Source: Eubacteriales bacterium (GTDB taxonomy: Bacteria > Bacillota > Clostridia > Oscillospirales > CAG-272). Taken from it: 64,000 bases of DNA. Below are positions 9,154 through 19,341 of the stretch, one piece after another (position 1 is the first letter of the stretch; each line of letters opens with the position of its first letter). The stretch is taken from positions 1,144 through 65,143 of the forward strand of contig JAZNND010000049.1 in NCBI GenBank assembly GCA_045580085.1, in the 5' to 3' direction. Made by a program: the position numbers and the translations under genes. The notes under the pieces are model-generated. The model did not search any database. It saw only the letters and a list, made by a program, of their open reading frames with translations, and was not told the origin of the DNA.

Positions 9154-10905
9154 TTAATTTTGATTGGTACCGTCATCGGAACCGATTACGGTGGTATCTG
9201 TCGGCGGTGCGAACAGATCGGTTTCTTTTCTTCTTCTGGTCAGAACCCAAACAAAGAAAGCGGTAAGCGATACGGCGGCAAACGCAAGAATGCCGAACAG
9301 AGTCCAGAAGAAAGCATCGCTTTTAAAGAAGGGAACCTTTTCTTGATAAGGAACGCCCTCTTGCTGATTTAAGAAAGAAACGGCAGCCAACAGCTGGTTG
9401 TCGATCTCTTCCGTCAGCTTGTAGAAGTTCAAAGCGGCAGCCTCTTCGGAGAGCTCCGTGATCACGTTTGGCGTGATACCGACGCCTTCATAATTGGAAG
9501 TTTTTGCCGTATGATAACGGAAGGTGGAAATGTTGACGATGGCTTCACGGAAGAGGGTGGTATTTAAACCTTCGTATGCGTAGTAGTCGGTCATATAAAA
9601 ACCGCTTTGCCCGGTTCCTTTGCCATAGGTTTTTGTACCAAAGGAGGTAGCAACCCCGAAATCCATTAAGCAGGATGTGAAAAGCTCGCCTGCAGAAGCG
9701 GTAAACTCATTGCAAAGAACGGCAATGGGTGCTTTAATTTCGTGGTTTTTAGCATCCTTATAAAGCTTCTCGAGCGTATCGTTTCCGTCGATATAATCAA
9801 AAAGCGAACGGTAGGTGACGGTTTCGTCTTTGTATTGCATATGGAGCAAGGGAAGATCCGTATCGTCGGGGAGGATATATTCGAGAACTGCGAGCACGGA
9901 ATCCAAGCGGCCGCCCGGATTGTTTCTGACATCGAATATATACTTTTCCGCGCCGGATTTTCCGAGAGACTCATAGGCGTTTTTGAATTGGCCGAATGTG
10001 CCCTCGTCGAACTGTGAAATGCGGATATAGCCGATTTTACCGTCTGCGGCAGAAAGCATACGGTATTCTACCGTATATTCCGTCAGCTTTTCGCGTGTTA
10101 AAGTGTAAGTGTTATAGCTTTCACCGCGTTTAAAGGTGATATCTACGGTCGTTCCGGTCTCACCGCGAATCAGGTTGATGGCAGCGGAATAGCCGATTGT
10201 GGCAAAGTCTTCGCCGTTGACGGCGGTGATGATATCGCCGGGCAACACCCCTGCTTTTGCCGCGGGGGAGTCGGGCGTAACACCCAAAACCTCGGCATAT
10301 CCGTCATCAAGCAAGGTAACCGTAACGCCGATGCCGCTGTATTCGGCGGCGTTGTCCGCTTCGTATTCGGCAAAGGTTTCTTCATTGTAATAGCTGGCAT
10401 AGGTATCGCCGACCATACGCATGTAGGCGTAGATGACCGCATCCGTTACCATTTCGGTGTCGGTCAGCTTATCCAGGTAAAATGCAGTAGGGAAAAAGTC
10501 CGCGATCTCGTCTGCCAAATCCGCCATAGAGGTATAGGTTCCCACGTAATTTTTTTCGTAAAGATCGTCCACAATGGCGAGCAGATAGCCATGCGCGGTA
10601 TAAGCTCTCAGATAAGCGGCATCTAGGAAAAGCTTGTCGATATAAGCATCCATATCGATGTCGTTGCCCGCCTCGTCCTTGAGCACGGTATCGTTTGCGA
10701 GATACTCGGAAGCTTCCACTTCCAGTTCGTCCGCTTTTGCATCAAAAGCGGAGTCCAGTGCTGCCCAAATGAGATCGCCGCGCGTGCTTAAGCCCGGATG
10801 GAGATTCGTGTTTGCGGCAGAGAGAGGAAGTGATGAAAGTACGGAAAGCAGAACAAGAAGAATAACGGCGAGGCTGACGGCTTTTGTTTTGCGTTTGATA
10901 AACAT
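9154..10905 (-). CDS. S41 family C-terminal processing peptidase with PDZ domain and C-terminal TM anchor
   Basis: 583 aa. Has a signal/TM N-terminus, a PDZ domain (GVTPDSPAAKAGVLPGDIITAVNGEDF), the S41 blocks VRNNPGGRLD and FTASAGELF, and a C-terminal hydrophobic stretch FFWTLFGILAFAAVSLTAFFVWVL. Confidence 0.85.
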   Translation of the reverse strand: MFIKRKTKAVSLAVILLVLLSVLSSLPLSAANTNLHPGLSTRGDLIWAALDSAFDAKADELEVEASEYLANDTVLKDEAGNDIDMDAYIDKLFLDAAYLRAYTAHGYLLAIVDDLYEKNYVGTYTSMADLADEIADFFPTAFYLDKLTDTEMVTDAVIYAYMRMVGDTYASYYNEETFAEYEADNAAEYSGIGVTVTLLDDGYAEVLGVTPDSPAAKAGVLPGDIITAVNGEDFATIGYSAAINLIRGETGTTVDITFKRGESYNTYTLTREKLTEYTVEYRMLSAADGKIGYIRISQFDEGTFGQFKNAYESLGKSGAEKYIFDVRNNPGGRLDSVLAVLEYILPDDTDLPLLHMQYKDETVTYRSLFDYIDGNDTLEKLYKDAKNHEIKAPIAVLCNEFTASAGELFTSCLMDFGVATSFGTKTYGKGTGQSGFYMTDYYAYEGLNTTLFREAIVNISTFRYHTAKTSNYEGVGITPNVITELSEEAAALNFYKLTEEIDNQLLAAVSFLNQQEGVPYQEKVPFFKSDAFFWTLFGILAFAAVSLTAFFVWVLTRRRKETDLFAPPTDTTVIGSDDGTNQN

Positions 10906-10925
10906 CGCTCGATTCTCCTCGAATA

Positions 10926-12014
10926 TCAGAACTTAGTGGGCTTGTTGATAAGATATTTCTTAACCATAAGCGCGACTTTGAAGGTGATTGCCTGGTCAAA
11001 GTTGCGAAGGTCAAGCCCTGTGATTTTGCGAATCTTTTCGAGGCGGTATACCAGCGTGTTGCGGTGCACAAAAAGATTGCGGGAGGTTTCGGAGACGTTT
11101 AGATTGTACTCAAAGAAACGCTGAACCGTGTCAAGCGTGTCTCTGTCAAGCGATTCGAGCGATCCTTTTTTGAAAACCTCTTGCAAAAACGCTTCACAAA
11201 GAGTGGTGGGAAGCTGATAGATCAATCTTCCGATGCCGAGATTGTCATAACTTATGATATTCTTCTCGGTGTCAAATACCTTGCCCACTTCAAGTGCCAC
11301 GCGGGCTTCTTTGTAAGCGCGTGCAAGATCCTTGAGCCCCGTTACCATGGAAGAAACACCGATGGCAACCTTGGAATAGAACTCTGTGGAAAGCGTTTGA
11401 GAGATGCTCTTGGCAAGCTCTTCGATGTCTTCTGCCTCTTCGTTCGCCGACACTTCCTTGACAAGCACAATGTCTTGCTCGCTGATGTTGATGACATAAT
11501 CGGCGTTCCTGTCGGGGAACATATCTTGGATGATCTCAAAGGGAAGCATATCGGTGTGGTTATAGAACTTAATCAAAAAGACCACACGGCAGGAGTCGTT
11601 GTCGAAATGGAGCTCCTTGCTCTTGATAAAGATATCGCTTTGCAGTATGTTGTCCAGCATTACATTCTTAATAAAGGATGCCTTATCATACTTTTCATCA
11701 TACAGATTTTTGATGCTTCCGAGTGAAACGGCAAGCACCGAGGAAAGCTCCTCCGCCTTCTTATCTTCGCCTTCTACGAAAACAAAGCAATCGGATTTGC
11801 CGCTGCCCGTGACCAAAAAACGGTAAGTATAGCCATTTTGCTGGAGCGCATTCGAGGTGAACACGAGCTCCTCTTTTACACCGGATACCATTTCTCCGAT
11901 GCGTTTCATATCGCTTGAAGCGATGATCATGCCGTTTTCATCAATGACACCTACCACACGAGAGATGGTATCCTTCATCTGATGAATGACACTCTGAAAC
12001 AAACGGTTAGCCAT
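10926..12014 (-). CDS. PucR/CdaR family transcriptional regulator
   Basis: Has the C-terminal PucR-type HTH (ETSRNLFVHRNTLVYRLEKIRKITGLDL). I chose the start at 12014 (MANRLFQSV...) because GGAG lies 7 nt upstream and the predicted TSS (~12054) is too close to the ATG at 12050. Confidence 0.75.
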   Translation of the reverse strand: MANRLFQSVIHQMKDTISRVVGVIDENGMIIASSDMKRIGEMVSGVKEELVFTSNALQQNGYTYRFLVTGSGKSDCFVFVEGEDKKAEELSSVLAVSLGSIKNLYDEKYDKASFIKNVMLDNILQSDIFIKSKELHFDNDSCRVVFLIKFYNHTDMLPFEIIQDMFPDRNADYVINISEQDIVLVKEVSANEEAEDIEELAKSISQTLSTEFYSKVAIGVSSMVTGLKDLARAYKEARVALEVGKVFDTEKNIISYDNLGIGRLIYQLPTTLCEAFLQEVFKKGSLESLDRDTLDTVQRFFEYNLNVSETSRNLFVHRNTLVYRLEKIRKITGLDLRNFDQAITFKVALMVKKYLINKPTKF

Positions 12015-12060
12015 AAAAAACTCCTTCTTTTGCATGAAGCAATTTGTCATATTGCACTAT

Positions 12061-12089
12061 ATTATAGCGGATATTTTGTTATTTTTCAA
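12061..12089 (-). promoter_or_regulatory. sigma-A type promoter (TTGAAA-17-TATAAT)
   Basis: The minus strand reads TTGAAAaataacaaaatatccgcTATAAT, upstream of the CdaR-like gene. Confidence 0.5.
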
Positions 12090-12181
12090 TAGGTAAAATG
12101 AAATTTTTTATTAAAACTGACTAAAAAATTTGTTTATTTTTTGATTATTTTCGAAAAAACACAAAAATGGTTTTTTATGGG

Positions 12182-12916
12182 TTATAATTCGTATAAACAA
12201 GAGAGCGCGGAGAGGGCATAGATGGGGGCTGTCTCACAGCGCAAAATTCGCTTGCCGAGCCCTGTCATGGCAAGACCTGCCGCAGCTGCCGCTTCGGCTT
12301 CTTTGGCGGAAAAGCCGCCTTCGCTTCCCACAACCAAAGCGATTTCTTTTAAATCGGGACACGAGGCACAGATCTCTTTCAAAGACCTCGTGCCGTCGCC
12401 CTCGTAGCAGAACAGGCACAGCGGATAATGGCTTGCCTCGCGGAGCATGTCCTCGAACTGTATGGGAGTATGAACTTGCGGCAAAAGCGAACGGCCGCAT
12501 TGCTTGGCGGCTTCGGCGGCGATCTTGTTTTGACGTTCGGCGATATGGGCAATTTTGTCGGCTTTGGGGCGTTTGATACAGCGTTCGCTTTCAAACGGTG
12601 TGATCTCGGCAACACCAAGCTCTACTGCTTTTTGAATGATAAATTCCAATTTGTCGGCTTTGGGGTAAGCTTGAAAAAGATGGATGCGAACGGGGGATTC
12701 ATTTTCGGACGGAAAGCTTTCAAGCACGGTGGCTTTTACGGTTTCACCGTCAAGCATATCCAAACGGCAGATATGCGTTTGCCCTTTCATATCACATACC
12801 GTGACCGTTTCCCCTGCCGCCATGCGCAACGCAAAGGAAATGTGGTGAGCGTCACTGCCTTCAATGGTGACCGTTTCTCCCGAAAAACCGCTGTCGGGCA
12901 CAAAAAATCTCGGCAT
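12182..12916 (-). CDS. rsmE: 16S rRNA (uracil1498-N3)-methyltransferase
   Basis: 244 aa. MPRFFV...HHISFALRM N-terminus (PUA-like) and a SPOUT C-terminus (VVGSEGGFS...E). It lies downstream of prmA, as in many Firmicutes. Confidence 0.85.
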   Translation of the reverse strand: MPRFFVPDSGFSGETVTIEGSDAHHISFALRMAAGETVTVCDMKGQTHICRLDMLDGETVKATVLESFPSENESPVRIHLFQAYPKADKLEFIIQKAVELGVAEITPFESERCIKRPKADKIAHIAERQNKIAAEAAKQCGRSLLPQVHTPIQFEDMLREASHYPLCLFCYEGDGTRSLKEICASCPDLKEIALVVGSEGGFSAKEAEAAAAAGLAMTGLGKRILRCETAPIYALSALSCLYEL

Positions 12917-12971
12917 AAAAGCACCTTGCCTTAAAATGGCATCCTTTCACTGGGGTGGAGTATAAAAGCAA

Positions 12972-13895
12972 TCAAATTTTCTGCGCCAAAAGTGCGAACC
13001 AATCGCGCTCTTCCATTTCGCGCACAAGGCGGAAACCATAGCGGGGCAGAGCTTCCTTGACTGCGTCGACGCGCATGCCGACGATGCCGGAAAGAATCAC
13101 CTTGGCGTCTTTCTTCATGTAGGCACCGAGATCGGGCAAAAGTTTTAGAATAATGTCAGCTACGATGTTGGCAAGAACAAAATCATAGCCGCCGCCTTGG
13201 GTATCGACGTTGGATAAGAGGTCGGACACATCGCAGTATACGTTGTCAGCTCCGTCGGCGGCGATGTTTTCCCTTGCCACGCGCACAGCCATCGGATCGA
13301 TATCATAAGCATAACATTCTTTTGCGCCGAGTTTCGAAGCGCAAAGAGCCAAAATGCCGCTTCCCGTTCCCACATCCAAGACTCTTTCTCCGCCGTGAAT
13401 CTCTTCTTGCATCATTTCCATGACGAGTCTGGTCGTTTCATGTGTGCCGGTGCCGAATGCCATTCCGGGATCCATGCGAATGATGCTTTCGCCTTCCTTG
13501 GGGGTATATTCTTCCCATGCGGGGACGATGGTTACTTTACCAAGCGGAATGGGATGATAGTATTTTTTCCAAACATGCGCCCAATCCTCCTCGCACATGC
13601 TCTCGGTTTCGATCTCGGCATGCAATCCGAGCGTATCGATGCGCTCACGCAAAAAGGCGATCGCTTCGGGAATGCTTCTTTCTGCCGAAAGAAATACAGA
13701 AACAACAGCGCGGGTTTTGTCGGCGTTTAAAATCGATTCGTCGATCAAGGCACCGTACATGCCGTCGGTGGTAATATCACTGTAATCCTCAATCATAATC
13801 CCGTTATCGATCATGCTCATCACAGCGGCAAGGGTTTCCGCTTCGTCGTGCTTTCCGACCAGTGAAAGCTTGATCCATTCGTTTGCCTGACTCAT
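12972..13895 (-). CDS. prmA: ribosomal protein L11 methyltransferase
   Basis: 307 aa. WKKYYHPIPLG, MDPGMAFGTGTHETT and the SAM motif VLDVGTGSGILA are PrmA hallmarks. Confidence 0.9.
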   Translation of the reverse strand: MSQANEWIKLSLVGKHDEAETLAAVMSMIDNGIMIEDYSDITTDGMYGALIDESILNADKTRAVVSVFLSAERSIPEAIAFLRERIDTLGLHAEIETESMCEEDWAHVWKKYYHPIPLGKVTIVPAWEEYTPKEGESIIRMDPGMAFGTGTHETTRLVMEMMQEEIHGGERVLDVGTGSGILALCASKLGAKECYAYDIDPMAVRVARENIAADGADNVYCDVSDLLSNVDTQGGGYDFVLANIVADIILKLLPDLGAYMKKDAKVILSGIVGMRVDAVKEALPRYGFRLVREMEERDWFALLAQKI

Positions 13896-14776
13896 TTTAT
13901 TTTTTTCCTTTCTGTTTGGGCAAGATCGAGCGCAAGCTGTGCTCTTAATGCCTCTATACTTTCAAACTGTTTTTCATCGCGCAATCTGCGTATAAAGGAA
14001 ACGGCAAGTTCTTTGCCGTACAGATCGCCCGAAAAATGCGGAATGTGGGTTTCCATGCGTCTTTCCCCCTTTTTCTCTGCCGTGGGGCGAAAGCCTATGT
14101 CGGTCAAAGCGGCATAGATCATCCCATCGATGAGAACACGGGTTTCATACACTCCGTTTTTGGGTAAAAGCTCATTCGGTTTCATGTTGGCGGTGGGAAA
14201 ACCGATGGTGCGCCCAAGGGCTTTGCCGCGGTCCACAACGGCTTTTACGGTGTAGGGCTTGCCCAAAAGACGCGCGGCATCCTCTACCGCCCCTTGTTCA
14301 AGAAGGTTTCTCACACGGGTAGCGGAGACTGCCTCTCCGCCTTGCTTTACGGGATCGAGCACGATGCTTTCGGGAAGATGCTCTTGCAAAAAAGCAGCGT
14401 CTCCGACCGCATTTTTTCCAAAACGAAAATTAAAACCGCATACAGCCGCGCTTGCATGGCAAATATTCTTAAGGATGCTTTCGATAAAATCTTCGGGAGA
14501 AAGCTCTTTGAGTGCCCCGAAATCGGCGGTGAATACCACTTCAATGCCGTGCAGTGCAAAGCGAGAAAGCCGTTCTTCGAGCGAGAGAAGCCTTTCGCCC
14601 GTTTTGTGCGGTGCGTCCGTAAAGGTGAAAACGGCGGGGATGAGTTTCTTTTCTTTTGCGAACGCAACCGTTTTTTTCAACAGTGCGGTGTGCGCAATGT
14701 GCACTCCGTCAAAAAAACCGAGTGCCGTCACGGTGGCTTTTTCATACGGTTGACACGGCAGTTTTAAAATTTCCAT
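13892..14776 (-). CDS. ribF: bifunctional riboflavin kinase / FMN adenylyltransferase
   Basis: 294 aa. Contains GFFDGVHIAH (FAD synthetase nucleotidyltransferase motif) and a C-terminal riboflavin kinase (GFPTAN, ETHI..F.GDLYG). It overlaps the prmA start by 4 nt. Confidence 0.9.
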   Translation of the reverse strand: MEILKLPCQPYEKATVTALGFFDGVHIAHTALLKKTVAFAKEKKLIPAVFTFTDAPHKTGERLLSLEERLSRFALHGIEVVFTADFGALKELSPEDFIESILKNICHASAAVCGFNFRFGKNAVGDAAFLQEHLPESIVLDPVKQGGEAVSATRVRNLLEQGAVEDAARLLGKPYTVKAVVDRGKALGRTIGFPTANMKPNELLPKNGVYETRVLIDGMIYAALTDIGFRPTAEKKGERRMETHIPHFSGDLYGKELAVSFIRRLRDEKQFESIEALRAQLALDLAQTERKKIK

Positions 14777-14869
14777 AACGGCTCCTTTCCGGTTTGTTTA
14801 TCCCATCTATTATATATGAGTTGTGAAAAAAAGTCAATCCTTTTTGCAAGAAAGAGCCGCTTTTCGCGA

Positions 14870-14898
14870 TTGACAAGCGGAGATTCTTGTGGTACAAT
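14870..14898 (+). promoter_or_regulatory. sigma-A type promoter (TTGACA-17-TACAAT, TGn extended -10)
   Basis: TTGACAagcggagattcttgtggTACAAT lies directly upstream of the MFS transporter gene. Confidence 0.6.
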
Positions 14899-14929
14899 AA
14901 AAAAGATAAAATAAAGAAAGGTGAATATC

Positions 14930-16270
14930 ATGCATCTGAACACAAGTCGCACCTTCCGTATCGGACTTGCTTTTATGTCCATTTCGCTCTTTTGGCAGTT
15001 CTACGACCAAGTCATCCCCTATATGCTCGAATATTCCTTCGGCGCACGTATGGAGGAGATTTTCGGTGTCGGCACACGCACGGTTGTGACCAACACCATC
15101 ATGTCGTTTGATAATATCTTGGCTTTGTTTATGTTGCCCTTGTTCGGGGCTTTGTCGGACAGAGTGAAGTCGCCGCTTGGTAAGCGTACCCCTTTTATCC
15201 TTTTCGGAACGGCGGGGGCGGTCAGCTGCTTGGTATTCTTAGGGCTTTTTGAAAGTGCAGATGCCTTTTGGCCCTTTTTCATCGCCCTTTTCTTGCTTCT
15301 CCTTTTTATGGGCACCTATCGCTCCCCCGCGGTTGCCTTGATGCCCGATTTGACACCCAAGCCGCTTCGCAGCCGCGCCAATGCCATCATCAATGTGATG
15401 GGTACCGTCGGTGCCGGCATTTCCTTGCTTGCGGTGATGCTGCTGGTGAAAAAAGAGACTATGCCGAACGGTGAAAGCGCCCCCATTGAAAACACCAATT
15501 ATTTGCCGCTTATCCTGGCGGTTGCCGCCGGTATGCTTCTTCCCATCGTTATTTTCCTCTTAACCGTACGCGAAAATACCCTTGCCGCTTTCGTGCCCAA
15601 GGAAGAAAACGAAGAGGAGAGCGCGGATAACGGCGAAAAGTTACCCCGCCCCATGCTTATTTCTCTTCTTTTGATCCTCTTTTCCGTCTTTTTCTGGTTT
15701 ATGGCATATAACGGAGCCACCACGGCTCTTTCCCGCTATTGCCAAGAGGTTTTGGGGCTTGGGTTGGGTAAATCCTCCGGTTTTGTGATGGTCGCGCTCA
15801 TTGTTGCCACGGTAAGCTACATTCCCGTCGGTATTCTTTCCTCTCGTCTCGGCAGAAAAAAGATGATTCTCACGGGTGTCGTGCTTTTGTTCGCAGGCTT
15901 TCTTTCCGCCTCTTTCATTACGGCGGATGTTTATGCCAAGATTCCATTTATTCTTTATGTCGTTTTTGCCGTGGTCGGTGTCGGATGGGCATCCATCAAT
16001 GTCAATTCCTTTCCGATGGTTGTGGAAATCAGCAAAACGGGCAGTATCGGACGGTATACGGGATACTATTATACCTTTTCAATGGCGGCGCAGGTCTTTA
16101 CCCCCATTTTGTCGGGTGTTTTGATTGCGAATGTCGGTTATCGCGTTGTATTCCCGTATGCGACGGTCTTTACCGTGCTTGCCTTCGTTACTATGCTGTT
16201 TGTACGGCACGGTGACGTTCGCCCCGACCGCAAAAGCCTTCTTGAAAATCTTGATGTAGGAGATGATTAA
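14930..16270 (+). CDS. MFS transporter (sugar/glycoside-cation symporter-like)
   Basis: 12-TM hydrophobic profile, with an LSDR..SPLGKRTPF loop motif typical of the MFS/GPH-SLC45 type. I preferred the ATG at 14930 (AAAGGTGA 5 nt upstream) to the GTG at 14921. Confidence 0.75.
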   Translation: MHLNTSRTFRIGLAFMSISLFWQFYDQVIPYMLEYSFGARMEEIFGVGTRTVVTNTIMSFDNILALFMLPLFGALSDRVKSPLGKRTPFILFGTAGAVSCLVFLGLFESADAFWPFFIALFLLLLFMGTYRSPAVALMPDLTPKPLRSRANAIINVMGTVGAGISLLAVMLLVKKETMPNGESAPIENTNYLPLILAVAAGMLLPIVIFLLTVRENTLAAFVPKEENEEESADNGEKLPRPMLISLLLILFSVFFWFMAYNGATTALSRYCQEVLGLGLGKSSGFVMVALIVATVSYIPVGILSSRLGRKKMILTGVVLLFAGFLSASFITADVYAKIPFILYVVFAVVGVGWASINVNSFPMVVEISKTGSIGRYTGYYYTFSMAAQVFTPILSGVLIANVGYRVVFPYATVFTVLAFVTMLFVRHGDVRPDRKSLLENLDVGDD

Positions 16271-16273
16271 ACC

Positions 16274-17119
16274 GTGAAAGCTCTCTTTTGGGTGATTTTT
16301 GCGCTCGCATGCTTGATTCTTATTTATTTGTTCCTTTTGACACCGCGCCGCCGCCGTAAGGAGGCGGAACCCTTTATGCAGTCTTCCTATGCGCATCGCG
16401 GTCTTTGGGGAAAAGAGGCACCCGAAAACAGTCTTGCCGCTTTTCGCCTTGCTGTGGAAGCGGGTGTCGGCATCGAGCTTGACGTTCAGCTTTCTTCCGA
16501 CGGAGAGGTTATGGTTTTTCACGATGAAAATCTTTTACGCATGACGGGTGTAGACGCTTCTCTTTACGAAAAAGATGCCGCTTTTTTGAAATCGCTTTCT
16601 CTGGGCAAGTGCACCGAAACCATTCCTACTTTTAAAGAAGTCCTCACGCTTATCGACGGCAAGGTGCCGCTTTTGGTCGAGATCAAGAGCGATCACGCGT
16701 GGCAAGCGGTTTGCGAAAAGACTGCCGCACTTTTGGACGGGTATCACGGCGCGTATATGGTCGAATCCTTTCACCCTTTTGCCGTGGCGTGGTTTCGCAA
16801 AAACCGTCCCGACACGGTGCGCGGACAGCTTTCCGCACGGCTATGGAAAGAAAAACACTTGCGCACGCCTTCTCATTTGATTGTGCAAAGTCTTTTGCTG
16901 AACTTTTATGCGCGTCCCGATTTTATCGCGTACGATGTCAATGATCGCCGTTCTTTTTCCTTTTGTCTTACACGGCTTATCTTCCGCCCCTATAGTGTGG
17001 CATGGACGGTGAAGGACGCAAAAGATTTCCAAAATGCGCACGGTTTTGACAGCGTGATCTTTGAAGAGGGCGCGCTTGCCGATGTGCAAAAAAAGAAAGA
17101 AAAAGGTAAAAACAAATGA
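16274..17119 (+). CDS. glycerophosphodiester phosphodiesterase family protein (N-terminal TM)
   Basis: 281 aa. YAHRGLW...ENSLAAF..A...G.GIELDVQLSSDGEVMVFHD is the GDPD catalytic signature. GTG start. Confidence 0.8.
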   Translation: MKALFWVIFALACLILIYLFLLTPRRRRKEAEPFMQSSYAHRGLWGKEAPENSLAAFRLAVEAGVGIELDVQLSSDGEVMVFHDENLLRMTGVDASLYEKDAAFLKSLSLGKCTETIPTFKEVLTLIDGKVPLLVEIKSDHAWQAVCEKTAALLDGYHGAYMVESFHPFAVAWFRKNRPDTVRGQLSARLWKEKHLRTPSHLIVQSLLLNFYARPDFIAYDVNDRRSFSFCLTRLIFRPYSVAWTVKDAKDFQNAHGFDSVIFEEGALADVQKKKEKGKNK

Positions 17120-18231
17120 CACTTGAACTCGTTGCCACCTGCCTTTTCGGACTTGAACATTTGCTTGGGGAAGAAATCGATGCCTTGGGCTTTGACCGCG
17201 TTTCGACCATAGACGGCAGAGTAACCTTTCGCACCGACGAAGAGGGAATCGCACGTGCCAACATCGGTTTGCGGTTTGCCGAGCGTGTCTATATTCGCAT
17301 GGGCGGATTTCGCGCCGAGACTTTCGACGAGCTTTTTGAAGGAACGCGCGCGTTGCCTTGGGAAATGTGGGTTGGCAAAAACGATTGCTTTCCGGTCAAG
17401 GGGCACGCCATTCGTTCCCGTCTCTTTTCGGTGCCGGATTGTCAAAAGATCGTCAAAAAGGCCATCGTGAGCCGTCTGTCGCAAAAATACGGGCTTTCTT
17501 GGTTCGAAGAAAGCGGTGTGAAGTACCAAATTGAATTTTTCATTTTAAAGGATGAGGCGACCTTGATGATCGATACCTCGGGCACTCCTCTTCACAAAAG
17601 AGGATACCGTCCCGTTGCCAATGAAGCTCCCATCCGTGAAACGCTTGCCGCCGCTATCGCCGCCATTTCTCGCCCGAGAGACAATGTTCTTTTTTGGGAT
17701 CCGCTTTGCGGCTCCGGTACCATTGCCATTGAGGGTGCCATGCTCGCGCGCCGTATCGCGCCGGGCAAAAACCGTTCGTTTGCCGCCGAAGCTTTTCCGA
17801 ATATTCCGCATGCTGTTTTTTCTCTTGCCAGAGAAGAGGCAGTGGCGGCAGAACTTTCGGGCGATTTCGAGGCGTATGCCAGCGATATTGATCCCGAAAC
17901 GGTTGAAATCGCCCGTGCGAATGTTGCCCGCGCGGGACTTTCGGACACCGTCAAAGTTTTCGAGGCGGACGCAAGGTGTATCTCTGCCGAGGGCAGGCGG
18001 GGAACGATCGTCACCAACCCTCCTTACGGCGAAAGACTTATGACCAAAAATGAAGCGGAGGAGCTTTATCGCGAACTTGGAAAACATTTCCGTTCTCTCG
18101 CTCCGTGGCAGGTCTATATCATCACCTCGGACGCTTCTTTCGAACGTTTTTACGGCAAGCGCGCCGATCGCGTGCGCAAGCTTTATAACGGCATGATACC
18201 GGCATATTTATATCAGTATTTTAAAAACTGA
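17116..18231 (+). CDS. THUMP-domain class I SAM-dependent RNA methyltransferase (RlmL/YpsC-like)
   Basis: 371 aa. Has a THUMP N-terminus, DPLCGSGTIAIEGA (SAM motif I) and VTNPPYGERL (motif IV). Confidence 0.8.
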   Translation: MTLELVATCLFGLEHLLGEEIDALGFDRVSTIDGRVTFRTDEEGIARANIGLRFAERVYIRMGGFRAETFDELFEGTRALPWEMWVGKNDCFPVKGHAIRSRLFSVPDCQKIVKKAIVSRLSQKYGLSWFEESGVKYQIEFFILKDEATLMIDTSGTPLHKRGYRPVANEAPIRETLAAAIAAISRPRDNVLFWDPLCGSGTIAIEGAMLARRIAPGKNRSFAAEAFPNIPHAVFSLAREEAVAAELSGDFEAYASDIDPETVEIARANVARAGLSDTVKVFEADARCISAEGRRGTIVTNPPYGERLMTKNEAEELYRELGKHFRSLAPWQVYIITSDASFERFYGKRADRVRKLYNGMIPAYLYQYFKN

Positions 18232-18242
18232 AAGGACAAGCT

Positions 18243-19208
18243 ATGCTTTCGGCTTTTCTGTTCGCGCTTTCCGCCATTGCTCCCATTTTGCTTTATATGG
18301 GGATCGGTTATTTTCTTCGCCTCGTGTATATCAAGGACGACGCCTTTTGGAAACGGCTTAACGGTTTGATCTTCCGTGTGTTTCTTTCGGTGCTTTTGTT
18401 TGTCAATGTTTACGATGTGGAGAGTTTTTCCGATATTGATTTCCGCGGTCTTGCGCTGATCGTTTTTGTTGTTTTTTCCCTGATTGCTTTGGGTGCTCTT
18501 ACCTCTTTTTTCGTCAAAAAAAGAGAAAAAAAGAGCGTGATTTGGCAGGTTACATACCGTTCTAATTATGCCGTTGTCGGCATCCCACTTGCCGAGTCCA
18601 TCGGCGGTTCGAGCGCGGTCACTTTTGCATCCCTTGTTTCGGCGGTTACGATTCCCATTTATAATACTTTCTCCGTTTTTATGCTTTCTTTCTTTGCGCA
18701 CGATAAGGAACATAAGCAAAAAATAGGGCATACGATTTTGTCGGTTTTTAAAAATCCGCTTATTTTAGGTGTTTTGGCGGGACTTTTGGCACTCGGCATT
18801 CGTGCTTTGTTGCCTACCGACGCGTACGGAGTGCCTGTTTTTTCCCTCAAAGAGGATCTTGCTCCTATCTATACGGTTTTGTCGGCAATAGCAAAAGCAT
18901 CCTCGCCTCTTGCGCTGATTGTGTTGGGGGCACGCTTTGATTTTGCGGCGTTGCGCCGCAGTTTCGGCGTTCTTTCTTACGGCACTTTTTTACGTATAGT
19001 GCTTTCGCCCATCTTGGCTCTCGGTATCGGTATTTTGGCGGATAAGCTCGGTATTGTTTCCGTTGGCAGTGCACAATATGCCACATTGGTCGCCATCGGC
19101 GGTACCCCCGTTGCCGTTTCAAGCGCAGTTATGGTCAGTGTGAGCTTGGAGGTGACGAATCGCTTGCCACGGGGCTTGTGGCTTCCACCAGCCTGTTTTC
19201 TATGGTGA
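18243..19208 (+). CDS. AEC (auxin efflux carrier) family transporter, C-terminus disrupted by apparent 1-nt frameshift
   Basis: Typical AEC N-terminus (MLSAFLFALSAIAPILLYMGIGYFL). The listed frame ends in non-membrane-like sequence. The conserved AEC C-terminus (GGDESLATGLVASTSLFSMVTLTFIITFLRSFGLI*) continues in another frame to 19255. Confidence 0.75.
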   Translation: MLSAFLFALSAIAPILLYMGIGYFLRLVYIKDDAFWKRLNGLIFRVFLSVLLFVNVYDVESFSDIDFRGLALIVFVVFSLIALGALTSFFVKKREKKSVIWQVTYRSNYAVVGIPLAESIGGSSAVTFASLVSAVTIPIYNTFSVFMLSFFAHDKEHKQKIGHTILSVFKNPLILGVLAGLLALGIRALLPTDAYGVPVFSLKEDLAPIYTVLSAIAKASSPLALIVLGARFDFAALRRSFGVLSYGTFLRIVLSPILALGIGILADKLGIVSVGSAQYATLVAIGGTPVAVSSAVMVSVSLEVTNRLPRGLWLPPACFLW

Positions 19209-19341
19209 CGCTGACCTTTATTATTACATTCTTACGCTCTTTTGGATTGATATGAGGTATAACAACCCTTTTTTTGCCGCATACTTGTAAAAAAGTGTGC
19301 GGCTTTTTTTGCCGCCTTACGCAGAAAGGAATAGCTACTTT

